From Prasinococcaceae sp. CCMP 1430 (Eukaryota; Plantae; Prasinodermophyta): a stretch of 17,531 nt of DNA. The position numbers and the translations under genes were made by a program. Below the pieces are notes generated by a model. It worked only from the letters and a program-made list of their open reading frames with translations. It was not told the DNA's origin and ran no database searches. Every line of letters begins with the position of its first letter. Within the stretch, counting starts at the first letter, position 1. Shown here piece by piece: positions 1-8,716 of this stretch. The DNA lies in assembly GCA_013416795.1 (NCBI GenBank), contig RQSC01001147.1:2131-19661 (forward strand), given 5' to 3'.

Positions 1-445
1 GCTGCGCCGCGCCGCGGGCCGCAAGCCCGAGCGAGGAGCGGAGAAGGGGAGGGGGAGGGTCGGTGGGCTGAGTGAGGCGGTGGGGGTGCGCGCGGACGCC
101 GCGCCGCGGGGACACCTACGCGCCGCGCCGCGCGGGGTGTGTGTGACCTCGCGGCAGCGGCAGCGCTAGGCGCGCAGGACGCGCATGCGAGCGCAGCATC
201 GGTGATATAATATTGAAATAGTCGAATAATGTGCACACGGGAGATAACCTTTTTTCTTGGTAAGGACACCATCAAAACGCATGCACCGCACTGCCCTGCG
301 CGGGGCAGAGTGCGCCACCACATGACGCAGGCGCAGCAGTGCGCGGCCCACAGCGCGCGCGCCGGGTGGCGTGGCGTGTCGCGGCGCGGTGCAGTGCGCC
401 GCCTCCTGGCCGCGAGGCGCGCGGGGGGAGGGAGGCGGGCTCGAG

Positions 446-936
446 NNNNNNNNNNNNNNNNNNNNNNNNNNNNNNNNNNNNNNNNNNNNNNNNNNNNNNN
501 NNNNNNNNNNNNNNNNNNNNNNNNNNNNNNNNNNNNNNNNNNNNNNNNNNNNNNNNNNNNNNNNNNNNNNNNNNNNNNNNNNNNNNNNNNNNNNNNNNNN
601 NNNNNNNNNNNNNNNNNNNNNNNNNNNNNNNNNNNNNNNNNNNNNNNNNNNNNNNNNNNNNNNNNNNNNNNNNNNNNNNNNNNNNNNNNNNNNNNNNNNN
701 NNNNNNNNNNNNNNNNNNNNNNNNNNNNNNNNNNNNNNNNNNNNNNNNNNNNNNNNNNNNNNNNNNNNNNNNNNNNNNNNNNNNNNNNNNNNNNNNNNNN
801 NNNNNNNNNNNNNNNNNNNNNNNNNNNNNNNNNNNNNNNNNNNNNNNNNNNNNNNNNNNNNNNNNNNNNNNNNNNNNNNNNNNNNNNNNNNNNNNNNNNN
901 NNNNNNNNNNNNNNNNNNNNNNNNNNNNNNNNNNNN
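446..936. other. Assembly gap (491 N), probably a collapsed part of the Cys-rich repeat array
   Basis: Run of N. The right edge (937) falls inside a copy of the 510-bp repeat. Confidence 0.95.
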
Positions 937-1690
937 GCGCAGGGACGCACTCTCCGTCGTCAGGGTTGCACACGTTGCACTCGTCGCAAGTGACCGTGTC
1001 GCACACAAGCACCCCTGGGCCATCGGGAGTGATGATCTCTATGCCGCAACCGCCGGAGACACACTTGCCAGTCTCGCTGCCGCTGCCGCAAGGCACGCCG
1101 TCTTCCATCGGCTCGCATTCGCCGGTGGTAGGATTGCAGGGACCCTCGCAGTACAGAGCGTTGCACAGCACCCCCTCGCACGGGTCGACGGTCTCTACCT
1201 CAAACTCGATCTCCTTGACGCAGCTTCCAGACTCGCACTTGCCACCGTCGCTGCCGCCGCAGGGCACGCCGTCTTCGAGCAGCTCGCATTCGCCGGTCGC
1301 AATATTGCAGGGACCCTCGCAGAGGCCGTCGCACGTCACATCGCGGCACGGGTCGACGGTCTCTACCTCAAACTCGATCTCCTTGACGCAGCCTCCAGCC
1401 TCGCACTTGCCACCGTCGCTGCCGCATGGTAGACCGTCGTCGTCAAGCGCAGGGACGCACTCTCCGTCGTCAGGGTTGCACACGTTGCACTCGTCGCAAG
1501 TGACCGTGTCGCACACAAGCACCCCTGGGCCATCGGGAGTGATGATCTCTATGCCGCAGCCGCCGGAGATACACTTGCCAGTCTCGCTGCCGCTGCCGCA
1601 GGGTACGCCGTCTTCCAGCGGCTCGCATTCGCCGGTGGTAGGATTGCAGGGGCCCTCGCAGTACAGAGCGTTGCACAGCACCTCCTCGCA
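937..1690 (-). repeat. 510-bp higher-order coding repeat (sub-units of 59, 55 and 56 aa)
   Basis: The sequence starting at 937 (GCGCAGGGACGCACTCTCCGTCGTCAGGG...) recurs almost identically at 1447. The sub-units A, B, C repeat as A', B'. Confidence 0.92.
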
Positions 1691-2122
1691 CAGGTCGACA
1701 GCTGGTTCAGGAGTATCAGGGCATATGCACGTCTTCGAGCTGTCGCCGGGGGCCTTGGCGCACACGGCATCCTCATGGCAGCAGTCCACTTTCTTGGAGC
1801 AGGGCTCGCCCGCGTCGGCGCACGGCGGCACGCACGTCTTCGAGCTGGCCCCGGGGGCCTTGACGCACACGAGGTTCTCATCGCAGCAGCCCACCTTCTT
1901 GTTGCAGAGCTCACCTGCGCCGACGCACGGCGGGATGCACGTCTTCGAGCTGGCCCCGGGGGCCTTGGCGCACACGAGGCTGCCGTCGCAGCAGCCCACC
2001 TTCTTCTTGCAGGGCTCGTCCGCGGCGGCACACGCCGTGACCTCGGCGCTCACGCGCGCGCCGATCGACGCCAGGATGAGGCCCACCAGCGCCACGGCCG
2101 GGCGGCGACAGAGTGCCGTCAT
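937..2122 (-). CDS. Secreted cysteine-rich tandem-repeat protein (3 knottin-like units plus an acidic 8-Cys repeat array); 3' end lost in the gap
   Basis: ATG at 2122 gives MTALCRRPAVALVGLILASIGARVSA-EVT, a signal-peptide-like sequence. It is followed by three C-x6-C-x5-CC-x5-C-x10-C units, then 55-59 aa acidic 8-Cys units. The frame is open up to the N gap. Confidence 0.85.
1718..2032 (-). repeat. Three tandem 105-bp coding repeats (35-aa knottin-like units)
   Basis: GTCTTCGAGCTG recurs at 1731, 1836 and 1941 (period 105). The Cys spacing is identical in all three units. Confidence 0.92.
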
Positions 2123-2215
2123 TGCGCTTGGGGATGGGGTGGGGTCTGATGCGCACGGAGTCGGCGAGGCTTCCCAACGCTGCGGCGGCGCTCCGGGAGG
2201 CGCAGGGAGTGGCAC

Positions 2216-2239
2216 CGCGCGCGCGCGCGCGCGCGCGCG
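2216..2239. repeat. (CG)12 dinucleotide run
   Basis: Perfect alternating CG run upstream of the Cys-rich gene ATG. Confidence 0.9.
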
Positions 2240-2695
2240 GTGCGGCGACGGCCCCGACCGACCGACCGAACGGAATCTCCCGCCGGGACGCGTCCGCCCC
2301 GAAATCGGGTCCGCGCCCCTGTCTCGCGCGCCCGAACGCGCGCCGCGCGCGCGCGCGCCCGAACCCGGCCCGTATCCGGCGCCCACAACGAACCCGTCCC
2401 CAAACCTCCTGCACATACACTTCATCATTCCGCATCAGCGCTGAGCGTCGGCGCCTCGACGCCGTGGGAGACTCAAAGCATCCACGCGCGCGATAAGTAC
2501 ACCCACGGGAGAGCATCACCTCGCTCGTCGCGCCGAGCGGGACCGCCTCCCGCGCCGGTCCCCCACTTCGCCCCAACCAAACCCCAATCGCATCCGCACG
2601 TCAAATCGTACGCCGAAGCGCCCAATATGCGGACCCTGTTTAGTAAACCTCAAAGGCGGCGCGGGGGGGCGAGGCGCGCGCGTGCGAACGCGATC

Positions 2696-2715
2696 CGCGC
2701 GCGCGCGCGCGCGCG
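2696..2715. repeat. (CG)10 dinucleotide run
   Basis: Perfect alternating CG run in the intergenic region. Confidence 0.9.
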
Positions 2716-2867
2716 GGGGTCGCGCGCGCGGACCCCAACCATAATTCGGGGTTTGGTAGTGTAATGTAGGGTCTATGATGGGGCGAAGGCGCTGGTGGGC
2801 GCCGAGGCGGGCCTGCCGGACAACCCGGATGCCGTGTTCGCTGTTGTATCACAGTGACATGTGTATG

Positions 2868-2872
2868 TTACA
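2868..2872 (-). promoter_or_regulatory. Putative TGTAA polyadenylation signal of the MKKS-like gene
   Basis: The minus strand reads TGTAACATACA about 50 nt after the TAG at 2921. UGUAA is the established chlorophyte poly(A) signal. Confidence 0.6.
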
Positions 2873-2920
2873 ATCGCAGGGGCCTGCGCGAGCACTCGCG
2901 AGCGCGACTGTGGCGCCCTG

Positions 2921-5242
2921 CTACACGTCGCATCCAGGGATGAGCGTTTCGACGCGCGCGGCCACGGCGGCGACCTCGACAGCGAGCTCGAGCGCGGAGA
3001 GCTTGGCGTCGGCGAGGTCCAGCAACTGCGCCTCTCGCACGCGCCAGCAGCAGCCGCCAACGTCGCCGGCCGCGGCGGCGCGCTCCAGAGTCGCGACTGG
3101 CGGAAGTGCCGTGCGACCCGCGAGCGCGGCACGCAGTGTCACGCACGCGTTGGCCGCGTCGGCTGCTTCCCAGTGCGTGTTGGCGCGCACAATTTCTCGT
3201 GCCGCCGATCCCATGCCGGCCAAGACATTGCGGGCAGCATTGTCCGTGGCTGCCTCAGAGCCTTCCAGCGCGACACCGGAGTCGGCTCTGGCGCATGCAC
3301 AGCCTCGTGCAATTGCTGCGGCTGCGGTCTCGAGCGCCTCCGCAAGCTGCACGGCGGCACCCTCGTCTGCTCGCGCAGCAATGCGTGCTCGGCGTGCGCG
3401 CTCAGCGCCGGTGCGCGCCCCGAGCGCACCGCCTTCGCCCGTGAGCTGCTCCGCAGCAACACGCGCGAGGCAAGTCTCCCGCTCGGCGGCCGCGCGCATG
3501 CGCACAGCGTGTGCGAGTGCAGCCTCCGCGTAGCCACCGCCGGGCACAGCGCGTGGTCGCGAGACGGCGTGCTGTAGCGAGCGAGCGCACTGCATCGCCG
3601 CCTCAGCGAGCTCCTCGGCCGCACACTGATCGGCGGCGCACAACAATAGCGTCGACACGGGAGCAGAGTCCGGGATGCGCGCTTCGCCGAATGCGCACCG
3701 CTGAGCGGCATGTAGAGCGGCGAGATCACGCGACGGGGGCCGCATCACGACTGCCCGCTGTACGCCAATGACGCGCCGCACTGCCAAGGCGCCGACAACG
3801 CCCGCGGCATGGCGGAGCGCGCGCGCCGCGCGCACGCGGGGTTTGACTGATTCCTCCTCGCCCGACGAAGGCAGCATTGGCGCCTCCCATACGGCAGCCT
3901 CCGACGCGATCGCAATAGAGCCCGTCAGCCGCGCGATGGCATTGACGTGCCGCGCGGCCACCCGCTCGAGAGGTGCGACGCCCCGCGCCAGAAGCACCTC
4001 CTGCAGCAGTGGGTGGATCGTGCGCTGGCAAATGAGAAGCTCGATGCCCGCCGTCTGCACGGCGGCCGCGAGCGCCTCGAAGCGCTCCAGTAGCTCAGAG
4101 TCCATTGCAGCGGCGTCTGCCTGCGAGGCTGCGCACGCCACCACCGCCGCCGGCAGCTCCTCGTCTTCCGCATGGCGCGCGGCTGTGCGCGCGCCGCCGA
4201 GGGCGCATGTGAAGAGCGCGACGGACGCGCACACCGGCTGTGCGGGCAGACTGCCCGAGCGCGCGTGCGCGTGCGCGTGCGCGTCGGCACGTGCTGCACG
4301 CGCCTCGAGCCTCTTGCCGAGCGCCTCCAGCGAAAGCCTCGCCTGGTAGGTGGGCGCCGCCACCTTGTCGAGCACAATTGCATCGACGAGGCACGCGCAG
4401 TCGTGCGGCGACGCGCCCGCGACCGCCACCGGGCGCACGCACGTGCCAGCCCAACGCCCCCCACCCCCGGCACTCACGTCGGCAATGGACCCCACGAAGG
4501 CCTGGACGACCAGCACCGCGACGTGTTCGAGCGCGCCGCCGTCGTCGTTGCCGTTGCCGAGCCCCGCGAGGCGCTTCGGCGCCAGCGCAGCGCGCGCGAG
4601 CGCCAGTAGCTCGGCAGTGCCGCGCAGGCGTAGCTCGCAAAGCAGCGGCATCTGTGGTGAAGGTGCCCGCGTTTCCCGCGCGCCCGCGCCTGAGCTTGCG
4701 TGCTCGCCGGCGCCCTCGATGCAGGCGTGAGCTGCTCGAGCGGAGGCGGCGCTCCCAGGTGGATGGCCGCTGCTGCAGCCAGGTGTGCCGCCACGCAGGC
4801 ACGTCGAGCGCTGCTGCGCGAGCTGCTTCTGTCGCGCCTGCTGTTGTGCGAGCGGCACTGGCTGGAGCGCCTCGCGGCACCACGACAGCGCGCGGGCGTG
4901 ACCACGCAGCGCGCGTAGCAGCTCGGCGCGACCTCGCTCTTCTCCCGCGCGAAGCGCTGCCTCGCACAGGTGGGCGGCGACGAGCAGGCAGAGCGACGAG
5001 CCGTCGCCCCAGCGCGCCGCCTGCGCGCGCGCCGACCCGTCGAGCAGCAGCCGGCTCGCAGGCGCGTCGACGCGCAGGAGCGCGGCTAGGCGTCCGCCGC
5101 TGGACGTCGCAGTGCCGCCTGCGGCGCCATCGGATTCATTTGCAGCGACTGCGGTGGACAACGCGGCGACGGTGGTGCCAGCGCGGTTGACGCTCTGCTC
5201 GGCATGAGTGGGTGGGACGACGAGCGTGGCGAGTTCATGCAC
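2921..5242 (-). CDS. MKKS: MKKS/BBS6-like group II chaperonin-like protein; 5' end unresolved
   Basis: Motifs match my recollection of MKKS: WGDGSSLCLLVAAHL (nucleotide-binding loop), VALFTCALGG, IELLICQRTIHPLLQEVL...LERV...IARLTGS (MKKS: VDLVLCQKVIHPSLKQFL...IDRI...LTKMTGT), STLLLC...EEL...VPGGGYAEAALA, and LLDLADAKLSALELAVEVA (MKKS: LDCLTAKLSGLQVAVETA). The stop is TAG at 2921. The coordinate 5242 is an in-frame GTG near where similarity begins, not a proven start. Confidence 0.78.
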   Translation of the reverse strand: MHELATLVVPPTHAEQSVNRAGTTVAALSTAVAANESDGAAGGTATSSGGRLAALLRVDAPASRLLLDGSARAQAARWGDGSSLCLLVAAHLCEAALRAGEERGRAELLRALRGHARALSWCREALQPVPLAQQQARQKQLAQQRSTCLRGGTPGCSSGHPPGSAASARAAHACIEGAGEHASSGAGARETRAPSPQMPLLCELRLRGTAELLALARAALAPKRLAGLGNGNDDGGALEHVAVLVVQAFVGSIADVSAGGGGRWAGTCVRPVAVAGASPHDCACLVDAIVLDKVAAPTYQARLSLEALGKRLEARAARADAHAHAHARSGSLPAQPVCASVALFTCALGGARTAARHAEDEELPAAVVACAASQADAAAMDSELLERFEALAAAVQTAGIELLICQRTIHPLLQEVLLARGVAPLERVAARHVNAIARLTGSIAIASEAAVWEAPMLPSSGEEESVKPRVRAARALRHAAGVVGALAVRRVIGVQRAVVMRPPSRDLAALHAAQRCAFGEARIPDSAPVSTLLLCAADQCAAEELAEAAMQCARSLQHAVSRPRAVPGGGYAEAALAHAVRMRAAAERETCLARVAAEQLTGEGGALGARTGAERARRARIAARADEGAAVQLAEALETAAAAIARGCACARADSGVALEGSEAATDNAARNVLAGMGSAAREIVRANTHWEAADAANACVTLRAALAGRTALPPVATLERAAAAGDVGGCCWRVREAQLLDLADAKLSALELAVEVAAVAARVETLIPGCDV

Positions 5243-5667
5243 ACACGCCCCACCGCGCGCGGTAGAGGCAGGCTGACCGACTCGGATAGCGAGAGGTCTG
5301 ACACAGAAAGAGACGCGAGCGATGAGGGAGGCAGCGCGNGTGTGGCGCCCGCAGCGCGCGCCCGCAGCGCGCGGCGCCCGCCGAGAGCAGCGTCTGTGAA
5401 AGTTGTTTATAGCGGCGACGGCGCTTCCTTTCCGCGGCGGCGGCACCTGCACGGTGCGGTGCCTTGCCGCGGCCTCGGCGCGTCGCCTTCGCGCGCTCCC
5501 TTGCCGCGGTGCAGCGCTCGCTCTCGCCCTCGAGCTCCACCTTCGCGCGCTCGATCGCGTAGCCTCGGGCCTCACACTCGGTGCGACCCAGCGCGCGGCG
5601 CGGTCCGCGCAGCCGCTTGACGGCGCGGGCGGACGCGCCCAGCGCGCCCATCGCCACAGGCACGCGC

Positions 5668-6490
5668 TCATCCGAACTTCGGGTCGTTGGTCATGCGGAG
5701 GTAGGGCTTCTTGGAGGGCACGTCGAGGACCTCGACGCCGCCGGTGGCCTTGAAGAGCTCCTGCGCCTCGGCGGTGGAGAGCGTAGGGATGACCATGCAG
5801 CGGTCGCCCTTGTTCCAGTTCACGGGGGTGGCCACCTTGTGGGAGGCGGTCATCTGCAGCGAGTCGATGACGCGCAGCACCTCGTCGAAGTTGCGCCCCG
5901 TGCTCGCGGGATATAGGATACTGAGCGCGAGCGTCTTGTCGGGTTTGATGACGAAGACCGCGCGGCAGGCCATCGGGAGTCCGGGGGCCTCCTGCTCGTC
6001 CGGGTCGAGCATGCCGTAGGCGGTCGCGACAGCGCGCTTTGGGTCGGCGACGATCGGGTAGTCCACCGCCTTGCCACCGCACCAGGAGGTGGTTTCGATG
6101 TCCGAGATCCACCCCTTGTGGCTCTCTGCGTCGTTGCAGCTCAGCGCAGCGAGGCGCACGCCGCGCGCCTTGAACTGATCGGAGAGCTGCGAGGCAAAGC
6201 GGGCGCGAGCGAGCGCGCCTCACCGGGTCAGCACACCGCGTCGGTCTGCCGCTGTAGCGGCCGGCGCTCACGGGGCCCGACGCGCGAAAACAACGACGCG
6301 GACGAGGGCGCCCGAGCGTGCAGCGCAGGCGCACCTTGGCAACCGTGCCGAGCTCGGTCGTGCAGACGGGCGTGTAGTCGGCCGGGTGCGAGAAGAGCAC
6401 CGCCCACGAGCCATCGATGTACTCGTGCCACTTGATGCGGCCCTGGGATGTCTCGGCCTCAAAGTCGGGCACCACGTCGCCGAGCTTCAT
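5668..6490 (-). CDS. PRDX6: 1-Cys peroxiredoxin (Prx6 family); exons 6490-6335 and 6186-5668, 224 aa
   Basis: MKLGDVVPDF...FSHPADYTPVCTTELG (Prx6 PVCTTE motif), then YPASTGRNFDEVLRVIDSLQ, VATPVNW and KPYLR. The phase-0 intron 6187-6334 has AAG|GTGCGC...GCTGAC...TCGCAG. An upstream in-frame ATG exists at 6547. Confidence 0.95.
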
Positions 6491-6783
6491 CCCGCTACGC
6501 CCTTTGCTCGACCCCCCTCCACACCCTTTGCTCAACCCCCCTCCCATCCGCCGCCCGACGCCGGCACCGGCACCGCCGCGCTGCCGACTCTCGCGGACGA
6601 CCTGCGGCCGGCAACGACGCGCCTTTCAACAGCACACAGGGTTCACAAATACATGCAATTTCATACTTACATGCACACGCAAACGAAATAAACCCCAAAC
6701 ATTTTCTTTGTGCGGCCATCAAACGACGCGCTCCTGGGTTGGGGTTGGGCGCGCCCCCGCGCCCAACTGCGGCCTTCCCCGCC

Positions 6784-6797
6784 TTTTTTTTTTTTTT
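6784..6797. repeat. Poly(dT) tract (T14) in the divergent promoter region
   Basis: Homopolymer in the relatively AT-rich region between Prx6 (-) and the next + gene. Confidence 0.85.
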
Positions 6798-7099
6798 GCG
6801 CCGCCGCCGCGCGGCCCCGCCCGCCTTCTATCTGATCTTCATGCGCGCCCGGCGAAATCCGCATCTAACTTACTAACTTACATCCAAATCTGCACGGACA
6901 CTGGCAGGGAATGATCCCGGATCGGATGGGATAAACCGATAAAATGATCCAGATCTGGAGGGACACCGGCTGCGAAGGCGCGCGCACGCGATGCTGTACG
7001 AATTTTAAAACAGTGATGGGCGCGCTTTCGAAACACCGTGGAAAAACTGGAAGAGAAATATCGGTGCGGTTTGATGGGGGGGAAGGGGCTTTGATTTTG

Positions 7100-7853
7100 A
7101 TGGCTCCGCGCGGGCGCGAATTCGAACGTCGCGCCCCGCGTGTGCGCGGGCGCGAGGGCGGGGGAGCGCGTGGGGGTGCGCCACACCGCGCGCCCCGCAC
7201 TGGCACGCTCGCGCGGCCGAGGCCCGCGCACGCGGCGACGCCCGGCAGCGGAGGGGGCGAAAGCGGCGGCGCGTGCGCGCTCAAGCGGCGCGAACGCGGC
7301 GGCTACAGCTTCGTGGTGCCTGAGAAGGCGTGGGCACAGCAGAAGGCCCGAGGTGTCCAGGAGCTGTGGGCGTCAGAGGAAACGGAGGGGTGGTACGTCT
7401 CGACAGCACGCGCGCTTGCGAGCGCATAGGTGTCCGAGGCTGACGAAGTAGCAAACCGTGCGCTGACGAGCGTGCCGTGCCGCAACGCCTCCTTGCAGGA
7501 ACGCAAACGTGAGCACTGTTGTCGTTGAATCGCCACCTTTCCCGACTGCGCAAGCGGCAGGCGAGCGCATCGTCGCGCAAGCACGCAGTGCGCCGGGCGT
7601 GGTGGGCGCGAGCCTCGCACGCGAGCCGTACTCAACGCGGCTGCCGGGTGGCGCTGGAGACGTCTTCCAAGTCCAAGTTGACGTCCAGCGGCGCTGGACA
7701 TCGAACGCTGCTGACGCAGAGGTGTCTTTCTTTACGAGCGTGGCTGCGCCCGAGGGCGCGGGGCGGGTCTTCATCCAAACGGTGCAATCGCCGTCCAGCG
7801 ACGCGCTCGCGCTCGAATGCAGCCGTGCCATGGCGGACGCCTTCATGCAGTAA
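7100..7853 (+). CDS. Probable PsbP/Mog1-like domain protein; exons ~7100-7392 and 7499-7853, start uncertain
   Basis: The phase-2 intron 7393-7498 (TG|GTACGT...GCTGAC at 7462...TTGCAG) joins GYSFVVPEKAW...EETEGW in frame to NANVSTVVVESPPF...FFTSVAA...VFIQTVQS. GYSFxxPxxW followed by NVSxVV resembles PsbP-like proteins. TGTAA follows the stop. No clear Tat/lumen signal is visible, so the product call is tentative. Confidence 0.5.
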
Positions 7854-7871
7854 CCTCTGAGGCTCTGACCC

Positions 7872-7876
7872 TGTAA
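7872..7876 (+). promoter_or_regulatory. Putative TGTAA polyadenylation signal of the PsbP-like gene
   Basis: TGTAACATACA 18 nt after the TAA stop at 7853. Confidence 0.6.
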
Positions 7877-7896
7877 CATACAACAGCTGCTTTAAT

Positions 7897-7901
7897 TTAC
7901 A
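7897..7901 (-). promoter_or_regulatory. Putative TGTAA polyadenylation signal of the E2 gene
   Basis: The minus strand reads TGTAAATTAAA about 27 nt after the TGA at 7928. Confidence 0.6.
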
Positions 7902-7927
7902 CATGGCTGCGCCCGAATGTACACGCA

Positions 7928-8716
7928 TCACAGCTCCTCGACGTCGCCGGCGGCGCTCGGTGCCATGGCTGCCGCGAGGTGGCGCATTAGAGGCAGGGCT
8001 AGCAACGCCAACGAGCACAGCGCCAGCGCGACCATGGCCAGTACTGAGAGCCTGCCTGCAGGCGCGCGCCCCGGGCCCACGCCGCCGCTGTGCGCCCTCA
8101 TGCCCGCGTCCTCGCCGTCCGTCGAGGCCCTCTCCCTCGCGACCGCCGCCTGCGCCTCCACTTGTTCTGGCAGCGCTCGGCGAAACTTCGAGCTGCGCGC
8201 ATTGAACGCAGCTGACTCTCGCGCCAGCCGCCGCCGCTCCGCCCGCGATGCTCTCACAGTGCCAGCCGATGGCGTGTCCTGCGTGTGAGCACGGCGTCAG
8301 CCCCCGGAAGCGTTTCATCGCGCCTACGGCGCGCGCGCTGTCGCTCTCGCGCTGCTGCGCACCTCTGCCATGAAGGACATGAGGCCTTGAAGGATGCTTG
8401 CGACCGACCACAAGGGGTTCCACGACTCCGGGTGGTAGTCTGACATCGACAGGCACAGCCGCGTGCCGCTCATGAAGCGCCCGCTAGGCGTGTGCATATA
8501 AATGGCCGGCGGGCGAAATGGATAGTCGGGGGGGAAGACCACGCGCCCATGGTAGAAGCCCCCTTCGTAGTCCGTGCCACCAGTGCCCTGCAGCAGGTAG
8601 TGCCACTCGCACACGTCGTGATCCGCCGGGCGCGCGACGACGACGCCGGGGACGGGCTCGCGCTGCAGTGCGCGCAGCTCCTTGGCGAGGCGTGCGGCGC
8701 ACGCCTTATCAGGCAT
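7928..8716 (-). CDS. UBC6: Tail-anchored ubiquitin-conjugating enzyme E2, UBC6/UBE2J2 (plant UBC33/34) type; exons 8716-8363 and 8278-7928, 234 aa
   Basis: EWHYLLQG...YEGGFYHGRVVFPPDYPFRPPAIYMHTPSGRF...RLCLSMSDYHPESWNPLWSV is typical of the UBE2J class. The phase-0 intron 8279-8362 (GAG|GTGCGC...GCTGAC...CGCAG) continues into DTPSAGTV...ERRRLARESAAFN. There is a C-terminal TM segment, LSVLAMVALALCSLALLALPLM. Confidence 0.93.

Noticed and set aside
166-445. Frames continuing to the left of the first gap
   Set aside because: The ORFs are only joined through N. The translated sequence is not Cys-repeat-like and is probably 3' UTR or intergenic.
937-2032. Regular repeats as a CRISPR array
   Set aside because: The repeats are in-frame coding units with no unique spacers, in a eukaryotic context.
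2740-2764. CATAATT...TGGTAGTG resembling the U1 snRNA Sm region, with a plus-strand TGTAA
   Set aside because: There is no U1 5' end or stem-loops, the spacing is wrong, and no plus-strand gene ends here.
5204-5663. Small ORFs 5204-5620 (+) and 5235-5651/5663 (-)
   Set aside because: They have no recognisable motifs and are antisense to each other. The minus ORF starts 17 nt after the Prx6 stop, so it probably lies in the 3' UTR. They are not supportable without expression data.
2921-6547. 1208-aa ORF suggesting a peroxiredoxin-chaperonin fusion
   Set aside because: It is read-through of the Prx6 intron. After splicing, Prx6 continues in another frame and stops at 5668.
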